Virus record (IMG/VR): IMGVR_UViG_3300015264_000026
From: an uncultured virus (IMG/VR IMGVR_UViG_3300015264_000026)
Lineage: Duplodnaviria > Heunggongvirae > Uroviricota > Caudoviricetes
DNA: 64,000 nucleotides
Strand: one strand, 5' to 3'
The position numbers and the translations under genes were made by a program. The notes below the pieces were generated by a model. That model saw only the letters and a list, made by a program, of their open reading frames with translations, was not told the origin of the DNA and did no database searches. This document shows, piece after piece, positions 17,144 through 26,027 of this stretch (within the stretch, counting starts at the first letter, position 1; each line of letters opens with the position of its first letter).

Positions 17144-17326
17144 ATGACCGAAAACACTGGCGGTAGTGAGATCGGCAACATGACCGAGAAAGAAATTCCC
17201 GGCGAACTGGAATATTTTGAGGGCCGGCTGTGCAAGGTTGTCGACGCCCGCCGTTCCGGATGGTGGCGCTTCAATGAACATTACGACCGCAACGGTTATT
17301 GCGACAACCCGGCGCGAGGATACTGA
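17144..17326 (+). CDS. Hypothetical protein
   Basis: 60 aa ORF. Confidence 0.55.
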   Translation: MTENTGGSEIGNMTEKEIPGELEYFEGRLCKVVDARRSGWWRFNEHYDRNGYCDNPARGY

Positions 17327-17327
17327 T

Positions 17328-17780
17328 ATGTTATCCCAGTCGACACGGGATATGAGTGCGGATACGCACAAAGACCTGAAGGTGAAGCTTGAAACGTTCA
17401 CCAAGTCAGAATTGATCGGCGCGCTAATGCGCGTGGCTGAGCTTTCCGCGCTGAAGGCTGGGGGGTGGGGCGTGAGTGAAATGAAATTCGCGAGAAAACT
17501 TTGCAGCGCTGAACGTGATCGGATGACAGCGGCAGAAATCTGCATCGATGAATTGTTGACGATCATGGACCGGCACGGGGCGAGCGGCAGCTACCTTCAT
17601 TCGGCTCTCACGGAACTGTCGTCGGATTTGAATAACGCCATGCTGGCCGCCGATGGACTGGCGGTCCGTCGAGAGCGTCTGAGCCGCGTCCGGCGGGCGC
17701 TCACAGATGCCTTCCCCATGACCGACGACGACTTGGCGGCCACAGCCCTCCCACCGGCAGAGCGAAAGGACCAGACATGA
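17328..17780 (+). CDS. Hypothetical protein
   Basis: RBS GAGGA; helical ORF. Confidence 0.6.
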   Translation: MLSQSTRDMSADTHKDLKVKLETFTKSELIGALMRVAELSALKAGGWGVSEMKFARKLCSAERDRMTAAEICIDELLTIMDRHGASGSYLHSALTELSSDLNNAMLAADGLAVRRERLSRVRRALTDAFPMTDDDLAATALPPAERKDQT

Positions 17781-17968
17781 GCGACGAATCGTATCTCAGC
17801 ATGCTCGGGTGGATCGGAACTACGATTGGAGGATTTCTTTTGGGAGCATCGATCTCCGGCGCCGATCACACAATTGCAGCCGCCCTGTTTTATGTTGTTG
17901 CGGTGATTGCCTTCGCTGCACGAACAGTACTCTCGCGCCCCGCCCTCACCACAGGAGAGCGCCAGTGA
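17777..17968 (+). CDS. Small two-TM protein
   Basis: RBS AAGGA; two hydrophobic segments. Confidence 0.65.
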   Translation: MSDESYLSMLGWIGTTIGGFLLGASISGADHTIAAALFYVVAVIAFAARTVLSRPALTTGERQ

Positions 17969-18270
17969 GTGACCGGGCGCAATGGAAGGTCCACACTTCA
18001 TCTCTCCTGCAAGAGATATTGAACAATCCAGGTACTGAAATTCTGACGCAGCCACTCCGGATTTTTGGTCATCTGCTTGCAGCGGTTGCGGAGCGAGCGG
18101 CGGAAATCGACGATCCGGAATTGAACATATTGATGCTGCGGCTCACTCTTTACGAGCAGGCCGATCCGGAAAAGTTCAGTGCTCAGCAAATTTCGGCGGA
18201 ATTTTCCAACCAAGAAAAACGGGTGCCGCGCACCCCAGCCGTCCCCTCGCAGGAAGGTAAGCGGAGATGA
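17965..18270 (+). CDS. Hypothetical protein
   Basis: RBS AGGAG, GTG start; WKVHT..LLQEIL. Confidence 0.7.
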   Translation: MSDRAQWKVHTSSLLQEILNNPGTEILTQPLRIFGHLLAAVAERAAEIDDPELNILMLRLTLYEQADPEKFSAQQISAEFSNQEKRVPRTPAVPSQEGKRR

Positions 18271-18446
18271 GCGAATGTGTTATTCTATTCCGGAACACCT
18301 CAAACCAGCGCGTCGGCTTCGTTACCGAGAATGATTGCGAAAATATCGCCGTGTTTTCCGATCGCGATGAGGCGATTAAAGCAGCTTTCAACGTTCCGAT
18401 TTTGCAGGTGTACCCTTGGCAATTAGTGGAACTAGACGAGATATGA
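18267..18446 (+). CDS. Hypothetical protein (59 aa)
   Basis: MSECVILFRN...; ATGA overlaps at both ends. Confidence 0.65.
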   Translation: MSECVILFRNTSNQRVGFVTENDCENIAVFSDRDEAIKAAFNVPILQVYPWQLVELDEI

Positions 18447-18658
18447 TCTTCAATTGGAAAACCATCAATACCATCGCCGATTTTCTGGCCTATCCTGAAA
18501 ATACGTTACAAGAAGTACGGCGGATAGTGGCGATGCTCGTGTTCGGCTGGTTGGCGATAGCAGTCGGGCATTGGACTGGCGTCCCCGTCTCAGTCGGTTT
18601 CGTTCTCGGCTACGCATGTGGCGCGCTTACGGTTTATGGTAGCATGAGGATGAAATGA
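18443..18658 (+). CDS. Small membrane protein
   Basis: Two hydrophobic segments; ATGA overlaps. Confidence 0.6.
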   Translation: MIFNWKTINTIADFLAYPENTLQEVRRIVAMLVFGWLAIAVGHWTGVPVSVGFVLGYACGALTVYGSMRMK

Positions 18659-18870
18659 AGAAATCCAAGAAGTCCGCCGACTACGCGCCCGGCAGCATGG
18701 GGCGCCATGAGGCATTGCATATGGCGCAATTTCTCGAAAGCGCGATTGACAATGAGCTTGTGCAGCATCCAGCCATCTTGAAACATGAGAAATGGCTTAA
18801 ATTGGCTGTGCGTGCCGCAGATGCATTGGCCGAGCTACATCAGGCCATCGGCAAGAAGCATTTGAGATGA
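18655..18870 (+). CDS. Hypothetical protein
   Basis: PGSMGRHEALH...LVQHPAI. Confidence 0.7.
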   Translation: MKKSKKSADYAPGSMGRHEALHMAQFLESAIDNELVQHPAILKHEKWLKLAVRAADALAELHQAIGKKHLR

Positions 18871-19103
18871 GTGATATTTCCGATCTATCGAAGGCCATCG
18901 CAGCTTGCATTGAGGCCAAGCAAGGCAACCGAGAATTTGCATTGTTTTATTTTGACGATGGCTGGCGGGCCGAGATAGGCAATGGCATCCATATCATCTT
19001 GGGTGAGGCGTGTGCTGAGCTTTCATTCGACCATGCCAACGCGATTGATGCAGTGAATGGGCTTCTCATGAAAATACGGGATGACAATAAGAGGAACCGA
19101 TAA
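18867..19103 (+). CDS. Hypothetical protein
   Basis: ATGA-coupled ORF. Confidence 0.65.
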   Translation: MSDISDLSKAIAACIEAKQGNREFALFYFDDGWRAEIGNGIHIILGEACAELSFDHANAIDAVNGLLMKIRDDNKRNR

Positions 19104-19357
19104 TGGCAATTGATATCCAAAAATCTGATACGGAGCGATCAATCCAACACGATCCCAATATGGATTGGCCGGAATCGGTCCACATCCAACTTTGCTGGCG
19201 TGGCAACAATGGCAGCATCTTGACCTCAACCGAATCAATATCGGCAGATCAGTTTTTCGGTAGAGGGGCGTATGGGGCTCCATTGTCAGGAGAATACCTG
19301 ATACAAGCCATCGAACGTATGCGTCGGGCCGGCCCTCCTCGAAAGACTATCCCATGA
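19103..19357 (+). CDS. Hypothetical protein
   Basis: RBS GAGGA; ISADQFFGRGAYGAPLSG. Confidence 0.7.
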   Translation: MAIDIQKSDTERSIQHDPNMDWPESVHIQLCWRGNNGSILTSTESISADQFFGRGAYGAPLSGEYLIQAIERMRRAGPPRKTIP

Positions 19358-19944
19358 GCAGTATCACCACCCTCAATCAGATCGCCGAAGATGGCTCCAG
19401 GGTCCTCCCCAACCATCGGCATGAAATCTATTCGCAGGAATTGGCCAAGGGCACCTCTTACGATCGGGCCTATATTGCGGCTGGTTATAGGCCGTCCCAC
19501 GCCAATGCGCATACCCTGAAAGACAAAAAGGACATCCAAGCGCGGGTAAGATACCTGCTTGCTCAGCGTGAACATTTGCACGCGCAATCCACGGCCAAGG
19601 CAATCGAGCAGACGGCCCTCACCAAGACATGGGTGATAGAGAATTTGAGAGAGAACGCTCTGAAATGCTTGGGAAAACTGCCGATCAACGTGACTATCGT
19701 GGAAGGCGAGGCCCCTATTCAGGAGTTTCAATACCATCCAACGGGCGCCAATCGAGCTTTGGAGCTTTTGGGCAGGGAACTCAACATGTTTATTGAGCGT
19801 CATGAGGTCGTCGAGGCGCGGATGTCCAACGATGAACTGGACAAATATCTGGCCGAACAAGCCAAGGCATTTGGACTGCCTGATGACACGATCAAGCTTT
19901 TGACATTCAAGATAGATGACGAATCAACGGAGCCGGTGCAATGA
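19354..19944 (+). CDS. terS: Terminase small subunit
   Basis: HEIYSQELAKG...AYIAAGY...IQARV; ANRALELLGRELNMF. Confidence 0.85.
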   Translation: MSSITTLNQIAEDGSRVLPNHRHEIYSQELAKGTSYDRAYIAAGYRPSHANAHTLKDKKDIQARVRYLLAQREHLHAQSTAKAIEQTALTKTWVIENLRENALKCLGKLPINVTIVEGEAPIQEFQYHPTGANRALELLGRELNMFIERHEVVEARMSNDELDKYLAEQAKAFGLPDDTIKLLTFKIDDESTEPVQ

Positions 19945-20324
19945 GCAAATCAATTGGAATTTTGGCGGTGTTGCTGTCGCTCGTTACGCCAACTCTGGCG
20001 GGTGAGGTTGTGGACCCTGAGGCTGGAGGCTATCTTGTTGGCGTCCCCGCTCAGGCTCAAGCGCGCCCAATTCAGGCGCATCCCGAGGATACGTTGTACG
20101 GCATTAATTTTGTAACCTCGCCCAACAATACGCTGTGCATGACAGCAAAGGTCACGGGCGCTCGCGAGGTATATATTGATTGGGATTGTGTGAACATCGC
20201 GGCGGCGGCATTTGTCGTCGACCCGGACAAGGCAATGCCGCCAGAAAATCAGTGGAACGGACTAGCCGTCATCTTGAAGGCCGTCCACGACGGGACGGCT
20301 AAGGAGGTAGTCAGGGCGAAATAA
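19941..20324 (+). CDS. Putative exported protein
   Basis: Sec-type signal MSKSIGILAVLLSLVTPTLA; two Cys. Confidence 0.7.
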   Translation: MSKSIGILAVLLSLVTPTLAGEVVDPEAGGYLVGVPAQAQARPIQAHPEDTLYGINFVTSPNNTLCMTAKVTGAREVYIDWDCVNIAAAAFVVDPDKAMPPENQWNGLAVILKAVHDGTAKEVVRAK

Positions 20325-20336
20325 ACATCTTGGTCT

Positions 20337-20365
20337 TGGAACTTTCACAAGACTGATGTATACTC
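20337..20365 (+). promoter_or_regulatory. Putative promoter TTGGAA-17-TATACT
   Basis: Near-consensus -10 with 17-nt spacer upstream of gene 20425. Confidence 0.45.
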
Positions 20366-20424
20366 CCCAGATGCAATTCACCGTCCACCATTATCACTAC
20401 AACACGAGATTGGAGCAACTAGTC

Positions 20425-20715
20425 ATGGCCGTATCCGCCGAAATCCAAACCGCGCTGGATGGCATCCGCCAGACGCAAAGCATCCTCAAATCGCTTGAGG
20501 CTGGTCTTGCGGTGCAAACCAAGATGCTGGCTGATCAAGGTGCTCAGATCGCCGATCTTCAGGCCCAAGTAGCCGCCGGCCGCGTGATGAGCGCCGACGA
20601 CCTCGCTGCCTTGGCCGAAACCAATGCGGATATTGCGTCCGTCAACACCTCGTTACAGGCAGATATCCCCGCCAACACTGGCGCGGCCGGCGCTGGACCC
20701 GCCGCCAACCCATAA
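20425..20715 (+). CDS. Coiled-coil hypothetical protein
   Basis: RBS GGAG; MAVSAEIQTALD... Confidence 0.7.
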   Translation: MAVSAEIQTALDGIRQTQSILKSLEAGLAVQTKMLADQGAQIADLQAQVAAGRVMSADDLAALAETNADIASVNTSLQADIPANTGAAGAGPAANP

Positions 20716-20788
20716 CGCTGGCATTCTCACTCAAGTTGCGCCATAAGAGAATTGCTCTCCTGTCAGGGAGCTTACTCCCAAACTTCAG

Positions 20789-20826
20789 GCCCTCGCTTCA
20801 CCATCATGGAGTGAGGGCTTTTCTTT
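20789..20826 (+). terminator. Rho-independent terminator
   Basis: GCCCTCGCTTCA/TGGAGTGAGGGC stem followed by TTTTCTTT. Confidence 0.75.
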
Positions 20827-20827
20827 G

Positions 20828-20868
20828 GTCAATCGTCGGTTGACGTTATGGGTGAGTTGGTTTAGCCT
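20828..20868 (+). promoter_or_regulatory. Operator GTCAATCGTCGGTTGAC (20828-20844) with promoter TTGACG-17-TAGCCT
   Basis: Same palindrome, directly after terminator and upstream of the terL unit. Confidence 0.8.
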
Positions 20869-20900
20869 GAAAGTAGGCGTATGAACATGGAGGAAGGAAA

Positions 20901-21086
20901 GTGATGTCGGCTGAGGATCGCATCCAAATCTTGGGAAAGATCGTGGTCGGATGCGTCAAGACGCTGGACGATAAAGGTTACGACATTCTCCATATCAGTT
21001 TTGGGGATGGGAGCGGATTGCTGGTCCGTGAGCAAGGCCAAGCAGGCTATTTCTCGGTCGAAGTATTGAAGCCGAATATCGAATGA
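20901..21086 (+). CDS. Hypothetical protein
   Basis: Strong RBS GGAGGAAGG. Confidence 0.7.
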   Translation: MMSAEDRIQILGKIVVGCVKTLDDKGYDILHISFGDGSGLLVREQGQAGYFSVEVLKPNIE

Positions 21087-21129
21087 ACGGCCCCTCGGGC
21101 TCTGATTGAATCGAAATAGGAGAAAATCC

Positions 21130-21300
21130 ATGCAACTACCGCACGATGGGGAGGATTATCCGCTTTGGCTTTTGCTCGCGGCAAAGCAAGCGCTCTTTCG
21201 TTGTATGGAAGACCCGGAATTAGAAGATGCGAGAGCGGTACTAACCAAGATAGATGATGCTTGGAAATCTCGGTTACAGAATGCTGCTGATATTGGATGA
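21130..21300 (+). CDS. Hypothetical protein
   Basis: RBS AGGAG; overlaps terL start. Confidence 0.6.
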   Translation: MQLPHDGEDYPLWLLLAAKQALFRCMEDPELEDARAVLTKIDDAWKSRLQNAADIG

Positions 21301-23882
21301 TGAATCGCGCCATTCCAAGATCCGACGTTGAGCGCTTCGCCGCCTCGCTAGCCGAGAAGCGCCGCCGCCTCGCCAAGATTGAACACAGCACGCGCGGCTA
21401 TCGCGATGAGGATGGAGTGTGGCGCGGAGGGCTGCTGAGCTTCGTCAAATATTTCTGGCATGTGTTGGAGCCTGATACGCCATTTACGAGCGGCTGGGTC
21501 TTGGAAGCCATCTGCGAGCACCTTGAAGCTGTCACCTTTGGGGAGATCAAGAACCTCCTCGTAAATGTTTTTCCGGGTGCTATGAAAAGTCTTTTGGTCG
21601 ACGTATTCCTCCCATCCTGGGAGTGGGGACCGATGCAACTTCCCCATCTCAGATACATTGCATTCTCGTATTCCGCTGGATTGACTGAGCGCGATAACGA
21701 AAAGTTTCGCGACCTTATGCTCTCTGCGGAATATCAAATGATGTATGGCGAGAAGGTCAAGCTTCGTAAGGTCGGCGCTCGCAAAGTATCAAATGATAAA
21801 CACGGATGGAAGCTTGCCACTTCTGTTGGTGGCATTGGCACGGGTGAGCGCGCTGATAAACTTTTTCTTGATGACCCGCACAATGTCAAAGAGTCGGAAT
21901 CAAAAACCGTTATTACGGAAACGGTACGTTGGTTTAGGGAATCAATGTCTGACCGATTAAACAATATCGATGTTGGATCAAAAATCGTCATCATGCAGCG
22001 CATCAGTGATGTTGACGTGTCAGCAACCATTATCGACAACGCATTTGACTATGTGCATCTTTCGATCGCGATGGAGTATGTTTGGGATGCGGACGAAAAC
22101 GGGGACCCATACACTACAAAAATAGGCTGGGTTGATCCGAGGTGGCGGCCAAATCCAGATGATTGTAATGGTGCCTTGGCATGGGAGGAGCGCTTCCCGG
22201 ATACCGCCGTGCGTGATTTGAAAAAGGAAAAAGGCCCTTATGCATGGGCTTGCAATCCATACGAAGCTCCCGTTCTCATGTCGGACCTTTCTATGCGTCC
22301 GATCGGAACCATAAAGAAGGGCGATAAGATCGCCGGCTTCGTTATTGGCAATGATGAAAAGCGTGCCAGATTTTCGGAGGCTGAGGTTCTATCGGTGCAT
22401 GCATCCGTGCGACCTACTGTTCGGATTACTCTTGAGAGCGGTCATGTAATTCGTTGCACCCCTGAGCATAAATGGTGGACGGGCAGGAATGACACCAGCC
22501 ACCCTCCCTACATGACGGCTAGAGCGCCGGGCTGTTCTACCGGCCGAAAAAGAGGTGGCAGCACTTTGCGGCGGGTATGTCCACCATCGATCGACATCCC
22601 AACTTCGCCAGAGGCAATCAGAGCGGCGGGATGGGTATGTGGATTTTTTGATGGCGAGGGATCAGTTTCGATCATAAGGCGCCGTCAAGCAGATCATTGC
22701 GCAAGCCCAATGATAACATTTACACAAGGATGTGGGCGCAATCTGCAGATCTGCGAAAAACTAGAGGCTTCATTGCGGCTGCTAGGTTTTAATTTCGGAT
22801 TTTCTCAAAAGAAACGTGTCCTTGGATGGGAGCCCGTTAGAAGTTATTGGCTTAAAGCTGAGCCTGCGGACGGTTCCCGTCGCAAGGGCGGTGAGGCCAA
22901 GCGCCTTGCCAAGATGACGCTCTACCAAAAGTTTCTTCATGTCATCCAGCCCAACAAATGGCGCGAGCGTATTATTCACGGCGCTATGACAGGCCGTGTA
23001 TTCTCTACGGACGATAGGGTGATATCCATTGATCCTGATGTTTCTGACACCGTTTATGGGCTCGAAACCACAACTGGAAACTATGTGGTTTGGGGTCTTG
23101 CCTCATCTAATTCGCAGTATCAACAAACTCCCGAAGCTCGGGGCGGTGGCCTGATTAAGCGAGAATGGTGGATGCCGGGTGAGGTCTACATGACCAATGA
23201 TGGGCAAAAATTTCCACCATTCGAGTACATCGTGGCTAGTTTGGACGGCGCCTACACCGAGGAAGAAAAAAACGATCCATCGGCCTTAACGGTTTGGGGT
23301 ATATTTCAAAATGAAAACGGCTATAATCGAGCGATGCTCATTCATGCTTGGGAAAAGCGCCTAGAGTTCTCTGGGCCGCGAATTGATATCCTGCCAGGCG
23401 AGCACGAATCGCTTTACAGGCGCCGATGCATGCCTGATTGGGGGTTAATTGAGTGGGTGGCGGATACATGCAAAAGATTCAAGGTCGATCAATTGCTGAT
23501 TGAAGCCAAGGCTAGTGGAATATCAGCCGCTCAATCCCTCCGTAATTCTCATGGCCGGGCAGGCTGGGGTATCCAACTTGTAGAGCCGAAGGGAGATAAG
23601 CACGCTCGCGGCATGGCGATCGTGCCGACATTCTCCCAAGAGATGATTTACCACCCAGATAGAGAATGGGCTACTGCAGTGATTGATAACTGTGCTAAAT
23701 TTCCTTATGGGGCCAATGATGATTTGTTCGATTCTACCACCCAAGCCATCAAGCATTTACGCGACAGTGGCCTAATTCGCAGCGATGAGGAGCGTCGAGC
23801 CCAAGAATTGGAAGCTGTAAGACACAAGGGGCGACCACCACAAGCCCCTCGATATCCAGGATTTGGCAAGAAATCGGCATAA
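21297..23882 (+). CDS. terL: Terminase large subunit, intein-containing
   Basis: LLVNVFPGAMKS, GERADKLFLDDPH, IVIMQR ATPase motifs; SLDGAY, NDPSA, LIEAKASG, FPYGANDDLFDS nuclease motifs. Confidence 0.95.
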   Translation: MMNRAIPRSDVERFAASLAEKRRRLAKIEHSTRGYRDEDGVWRGGLLSFVKYFWHVLEPDTPFTSGWVLEAICEHLEAVTFGEIKNLLVNVFPGAMKSLLVDVFLPSWEWGPMQLPHLRYIAFSYSAGLTERDNEKFRDLMLSAEYQMMYGEKVKLRKVGARKVSNDKHGWKLATSVGGIGTGERADKLFLDDPHNVKESESKTVITETVRWFRESMSDRLNNIDVGSKIVIMQRISDVDVSATIIDNAFDYVHLSIAMEYVWDADENGDPYTTKIGWVDPRWRPNPDDCNGALAWEERFPDTAVRDLKKEKGPYAWACNPYEAPVLMSDLSMRPIGTIKKGDKIAGFVIGNDEKRARFSEAEVLSVHASVRPTVRITLESGHVIRCTPEHKWWTGRNDTSHPPYMTARAPGCSTGRKRGGSTLRRVCPPSIDIPTSPEAIRAAGWVCGFFDGEGSVSIIRRRQADHCASPMITFTQGCGRNLQICEKLEASLRLLGFNFGFSQKKRVLGWEPVRSYWLKAEPADGSRRKGGEAKRLAKMTLYQKFLHVIQPNKWRERIIHGAMTGRVFSTDDRVISIDPDVSDTVYGLETTTGNYVVWGLASSNSQYQQTPEARGGGLIKREWWMPGEVYMTNDGQKFPPFEYIVASLDGAYTEEEKNDPSALTVWGIFQNENGYNRAMLIHAWEKRLEFSGPRIDILPGEHESLYRRRCMPDWGLIEWVADTCKRFKVDQLLIEAKASGISAAQSLRNSHGRAGWGIQLVEPKGDKHARGMAIVPTFSQEMIYHPDREWATAVIDNCAKFPYGANDDLFDSTTQAIKHLRDSGLIRSDEERRAQELEAVRHKGRPPQAPRYPGFGKKSA
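22251..23111 (+). mobile_element. Intein with LAGLIDADG homing endonuclease (287 aa)
   Basis: Starts CNPYEAPVLMSD, block B IRCTPEHKW, WVCGFFDGEG, ends VYGLETTTGNYVVWGLASSN/S; excision restores GPYAWA-SQYQQTP. Confidence 0.9.
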
Positions 23883-23890
23883 GGTGCTAT

Positions 23891-24124
23891 ATGATTGCAC
23901 GAAGTGGAATTCGAAACCGCCAATCCTCTTGTGAGGGCAAATCTGCATTCAAGTCTCACCGTATTGCCAAAGAGGCCGCCAATCGCCGCAAGAACCGCGT
24001 GGTTTACCGCTGCGATCATTGCTTTCAATGGCATGTCGGGACGCCAGAGCCAAAATTGAAGGTGTTTATGAAGCGAAAGAAGCTGATACAGCTATTTCTA
24101 CAACCCGAATGGAGGCTGGAATGA
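23891..24124 (+). CDS. Small zinc-finger protein
   Basis: CEGKSAF...VYRCDHCFQWHVG. Confidence 0.7.
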   Translation: MIARSGIRNRQSSCEGKSAFKSHRIAKEAANRRKNRVVYRCDHCFQWHVGTPEPKLKVFMKRKKLIQLFLQPEWRLE

Positions 24125-24345
24125 TTGATATTCTGGATCGTCTCACCACTATGGCCAATCTTCAACCGGGGTCACCTTTTCCGCCAGAGATTGGCGAGAA
24201 CATCGGGTGGGCTCTGGCTATCTCGGGCCTTTGCCGAGAGGCGGCGGCAGAGATTGAGCGCTTGAGGAAGCCGCCAACGGCCCCGAAATTGGAAGACATG
24301 CATTGGGGAAGTGTTTACGCCATGAAGATGGGAGATTGCAAATGA
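24121..24345 (+). CDS. Hypothetical protein
   Basis: DILDRL...REAAAEIERLR. Confidence 0.65.
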   Translation: MIDILDRLTTMANLQPGSPFPPEIGENIGWALAISGLCREAAAEIERLRKPPTAPKLEDMHWGSVYAMKMGDCK

Positions 24346-24596
24346 CTGATATTGTTGAGGACTTGCGACTAGAGCAAATGGGTGGAGAGCTTGGCATCGG
24401 GACACAGAAAATGTTGGAGCGTGCGGCGGTTGAAATCGAGCGATTGCGTGCCGCATTAGCCGTTGCCCAAGAGACCATTAGCCATATCGCGCAAGTAGCG
24501 GGCGTAGCCTCCCTTGAAGGACTGACCTTTGCCCAGATCAAGAAGAGAGATCCGAATTGGGAACCCTTGGCCTCTTCCGGCGCGTTCGAACCTTGA
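24342..24596 (+). CDS. Hypothetical protein, same family as preceding gene
   Basis: DIVEDLR...ERAAVEIERLR. Confidence 0.65.
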   Translation: MTDIVEDLRLEQMGGELGIGTQKMLERAAVEIERLRAALAVAQETISHIAQVAGVASLEGLTFAQIKKRDPNWEPLASSGAFEP

Positions 24597-24683
24597 TTTC
24601 GCCCATAAGCCACGCATGTCATCATCAATGACCATTACTTGACTATTGTGCGGAGAAGTACAAATCAAAAAGGATTATTTGGC

Positions 24684-24941
24684 ATGAGCAAACCACGGTT
24701 TATCACTGGAAATGGGCCACTTATCACGCCACGCATGATGCCAGCCGGCGGCGACGAGTGCGTGGAACTGCTTGAATCCATGCTTTCCAGCGCCAAAAAG
24801 GGCGACATGTCTTGGCTAGTCGTCATTGCAGGCGGCCCCAACGACTACGGCGTGGCCCATGTGGGGAACAACGCGGCCCAGATGAATATGGGCATCGATG
24901 TTGCCAAGCAGGAGATCTTGTCGCGGGTGAAGGTGCGATAG
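24684..24941 (+). CDS. Hypothetical protein
   Basis: RBS AAGGA; VELLESML..AKKG. Confidence 0.7.
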   Translation: MSKPRFITGNGPLITPRMMPAGGDECVELLESMLSSAKKGDMSWLVVIAGGPNDYGVAHVGNNAAQMNMGIDVAKQEILSRVKVR

Positions 24942-25015
24942 GGCTTGCTTTAAATAGTTGGCACCGAAAATAGTTCTTGTGGCGTAGTGTCTCACTATTA
25001 GATATATACTGCGTC

Positions 25016-25390
25016 ATGTCTCAAGTAACTGATCTTTTCCACCTTTATAGGCATTTCGACAAATGCGGTAACCTCCTTTATGTAGGTAGGTCTTTGAATG
25101 CTATTTTCAGACTAATGCAGCATCTTGGAGCGTCCTCTTGGGCCGCCGACATCGCCTTTATTGAGATAGATAGATTTTCTTCTTTCGAGGAACTGAGAAT
25201 AGCTGAGAAGGTAGCCATTATCGAAGAAAGACCAATTCATAATTTGACTAAGGTCGCGCTGGCTAAGAGGCCGCGCGTTAAGAGTGCGCGGCCAAGGGGG
25301 CGGCCACCCATATTAGATGATAGACCTTGGGATTTAGAGGGTATTTCAAGGAGGACTTGGTATCGCAAAAAATCACAAAATTTCTGCTAA
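25016..25390 (+). CDS. GIY-YIG-like nuclease domain fused to C-terminal HTH motif
   Basis: LYRHFDKCGNLLYVGRS....RL.QH...AEKVAIIEERPIHN; RGRPP...RPW...GISRRTWYR; TATACT 5 nt before ATG. Confidence 0.8.
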   Translation: MSQVTDLFHLYRHFDKCGNLLYVGRSLNAIFRLMQHLGASSWAADIAFIEIDRFSSFEELRIAEKVAIIEERPIHNLTKVALAKRPRVKSARPRGRPPILDDRPWDLEGISRRTWYRKKSQNFC

Positions 25391-25412
25391 ATTATTGATT
25401 GAACCCTTTACT

Positions 25413-25443
25413 TGTGCCAATTTCTGTGCCAATACTTGTGCCA
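25413..25443. repeat. Three direct repeats of TGTGCCA(A), 12-nt period
   Basis: 25413, 25425, 25437; inverted TTGGCAC at 24958. Confidence 0.75.
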
Positions 25444-25463
25444 TCAACGGACGGAGCAAGCAA

Positions 25464-25796
25464 ATGGCGAACGTCAAGAACTTCTCAGACTTCAACGGAA
25501 AGACCACGGAACTCTTTGGCCAGATCAGCGGTATGGACAACGCCAAATTTGCTATCGCCTTTCCGGCCCTCAAGGGCAGCCGTTACGATAGCTTCAGCAT
25601 GAAGGTGGGCTATGCCGCCGGATCGCGCGAGCCGCTTCCACTGACCCGCTCAGTGACATTCAAATCGTTCCCATCGTGCCATGAATGCAACGCGCGGTGC
25701 ATTAACGCGACCGGTCGCGTCATGAACTGTGAATGCAAGTGTGGCGGCAAGAACCATGGTCGCGGTGCTTTCAACTGTTCGGTGGCGGCGGCATGA
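25464..25796 (+). CDS. Cys-rich hypothetical protein
   Basis: RBS GGAG; HECNARCINATG...CECKCGGKNHG. Confidence 0.75.
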   Translation: MANVKNFSDFNGKTTELFGQISGMDNAKFAIAFPALKGSRYDSFSMKVGYAAGSREPLPLTRSVTFKSFPSCHECNARCINATGRVMNCECKCGGKNHGRGAFNCSVAAA

Positions 25797-25966
25797 GTCG
25801 CGACAGTTACAGAATTGATGAGGGGGATAAACTCTGGCCCCTGATCCAGATCATTAGGAATACGCATTACGACGACCTGACAGAAGGCCGCGTCCAGCAA
25901 CTTGTCGGGATGATCGATGGCTGGCGGATCACGGATGCTGATGGGCGCAGGATCGAGCGGCCATGA
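25793..25966 (+). CDS. Hypothetical protein
   Basis: ATGA overlap. Confidence 0.55.
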   Translation: MSRDSYRIDEGDKLWPLIQIIRNTHYDDLTEGRVQQLVGMIDGWRITDADGRRIERP

Positions 25967-26027
25967 CCAAATCTGAGGACAGAGGCAGATTAAAGGCGCT
26001 ATCGACGCCCCCACGGAAACAGAGAAG

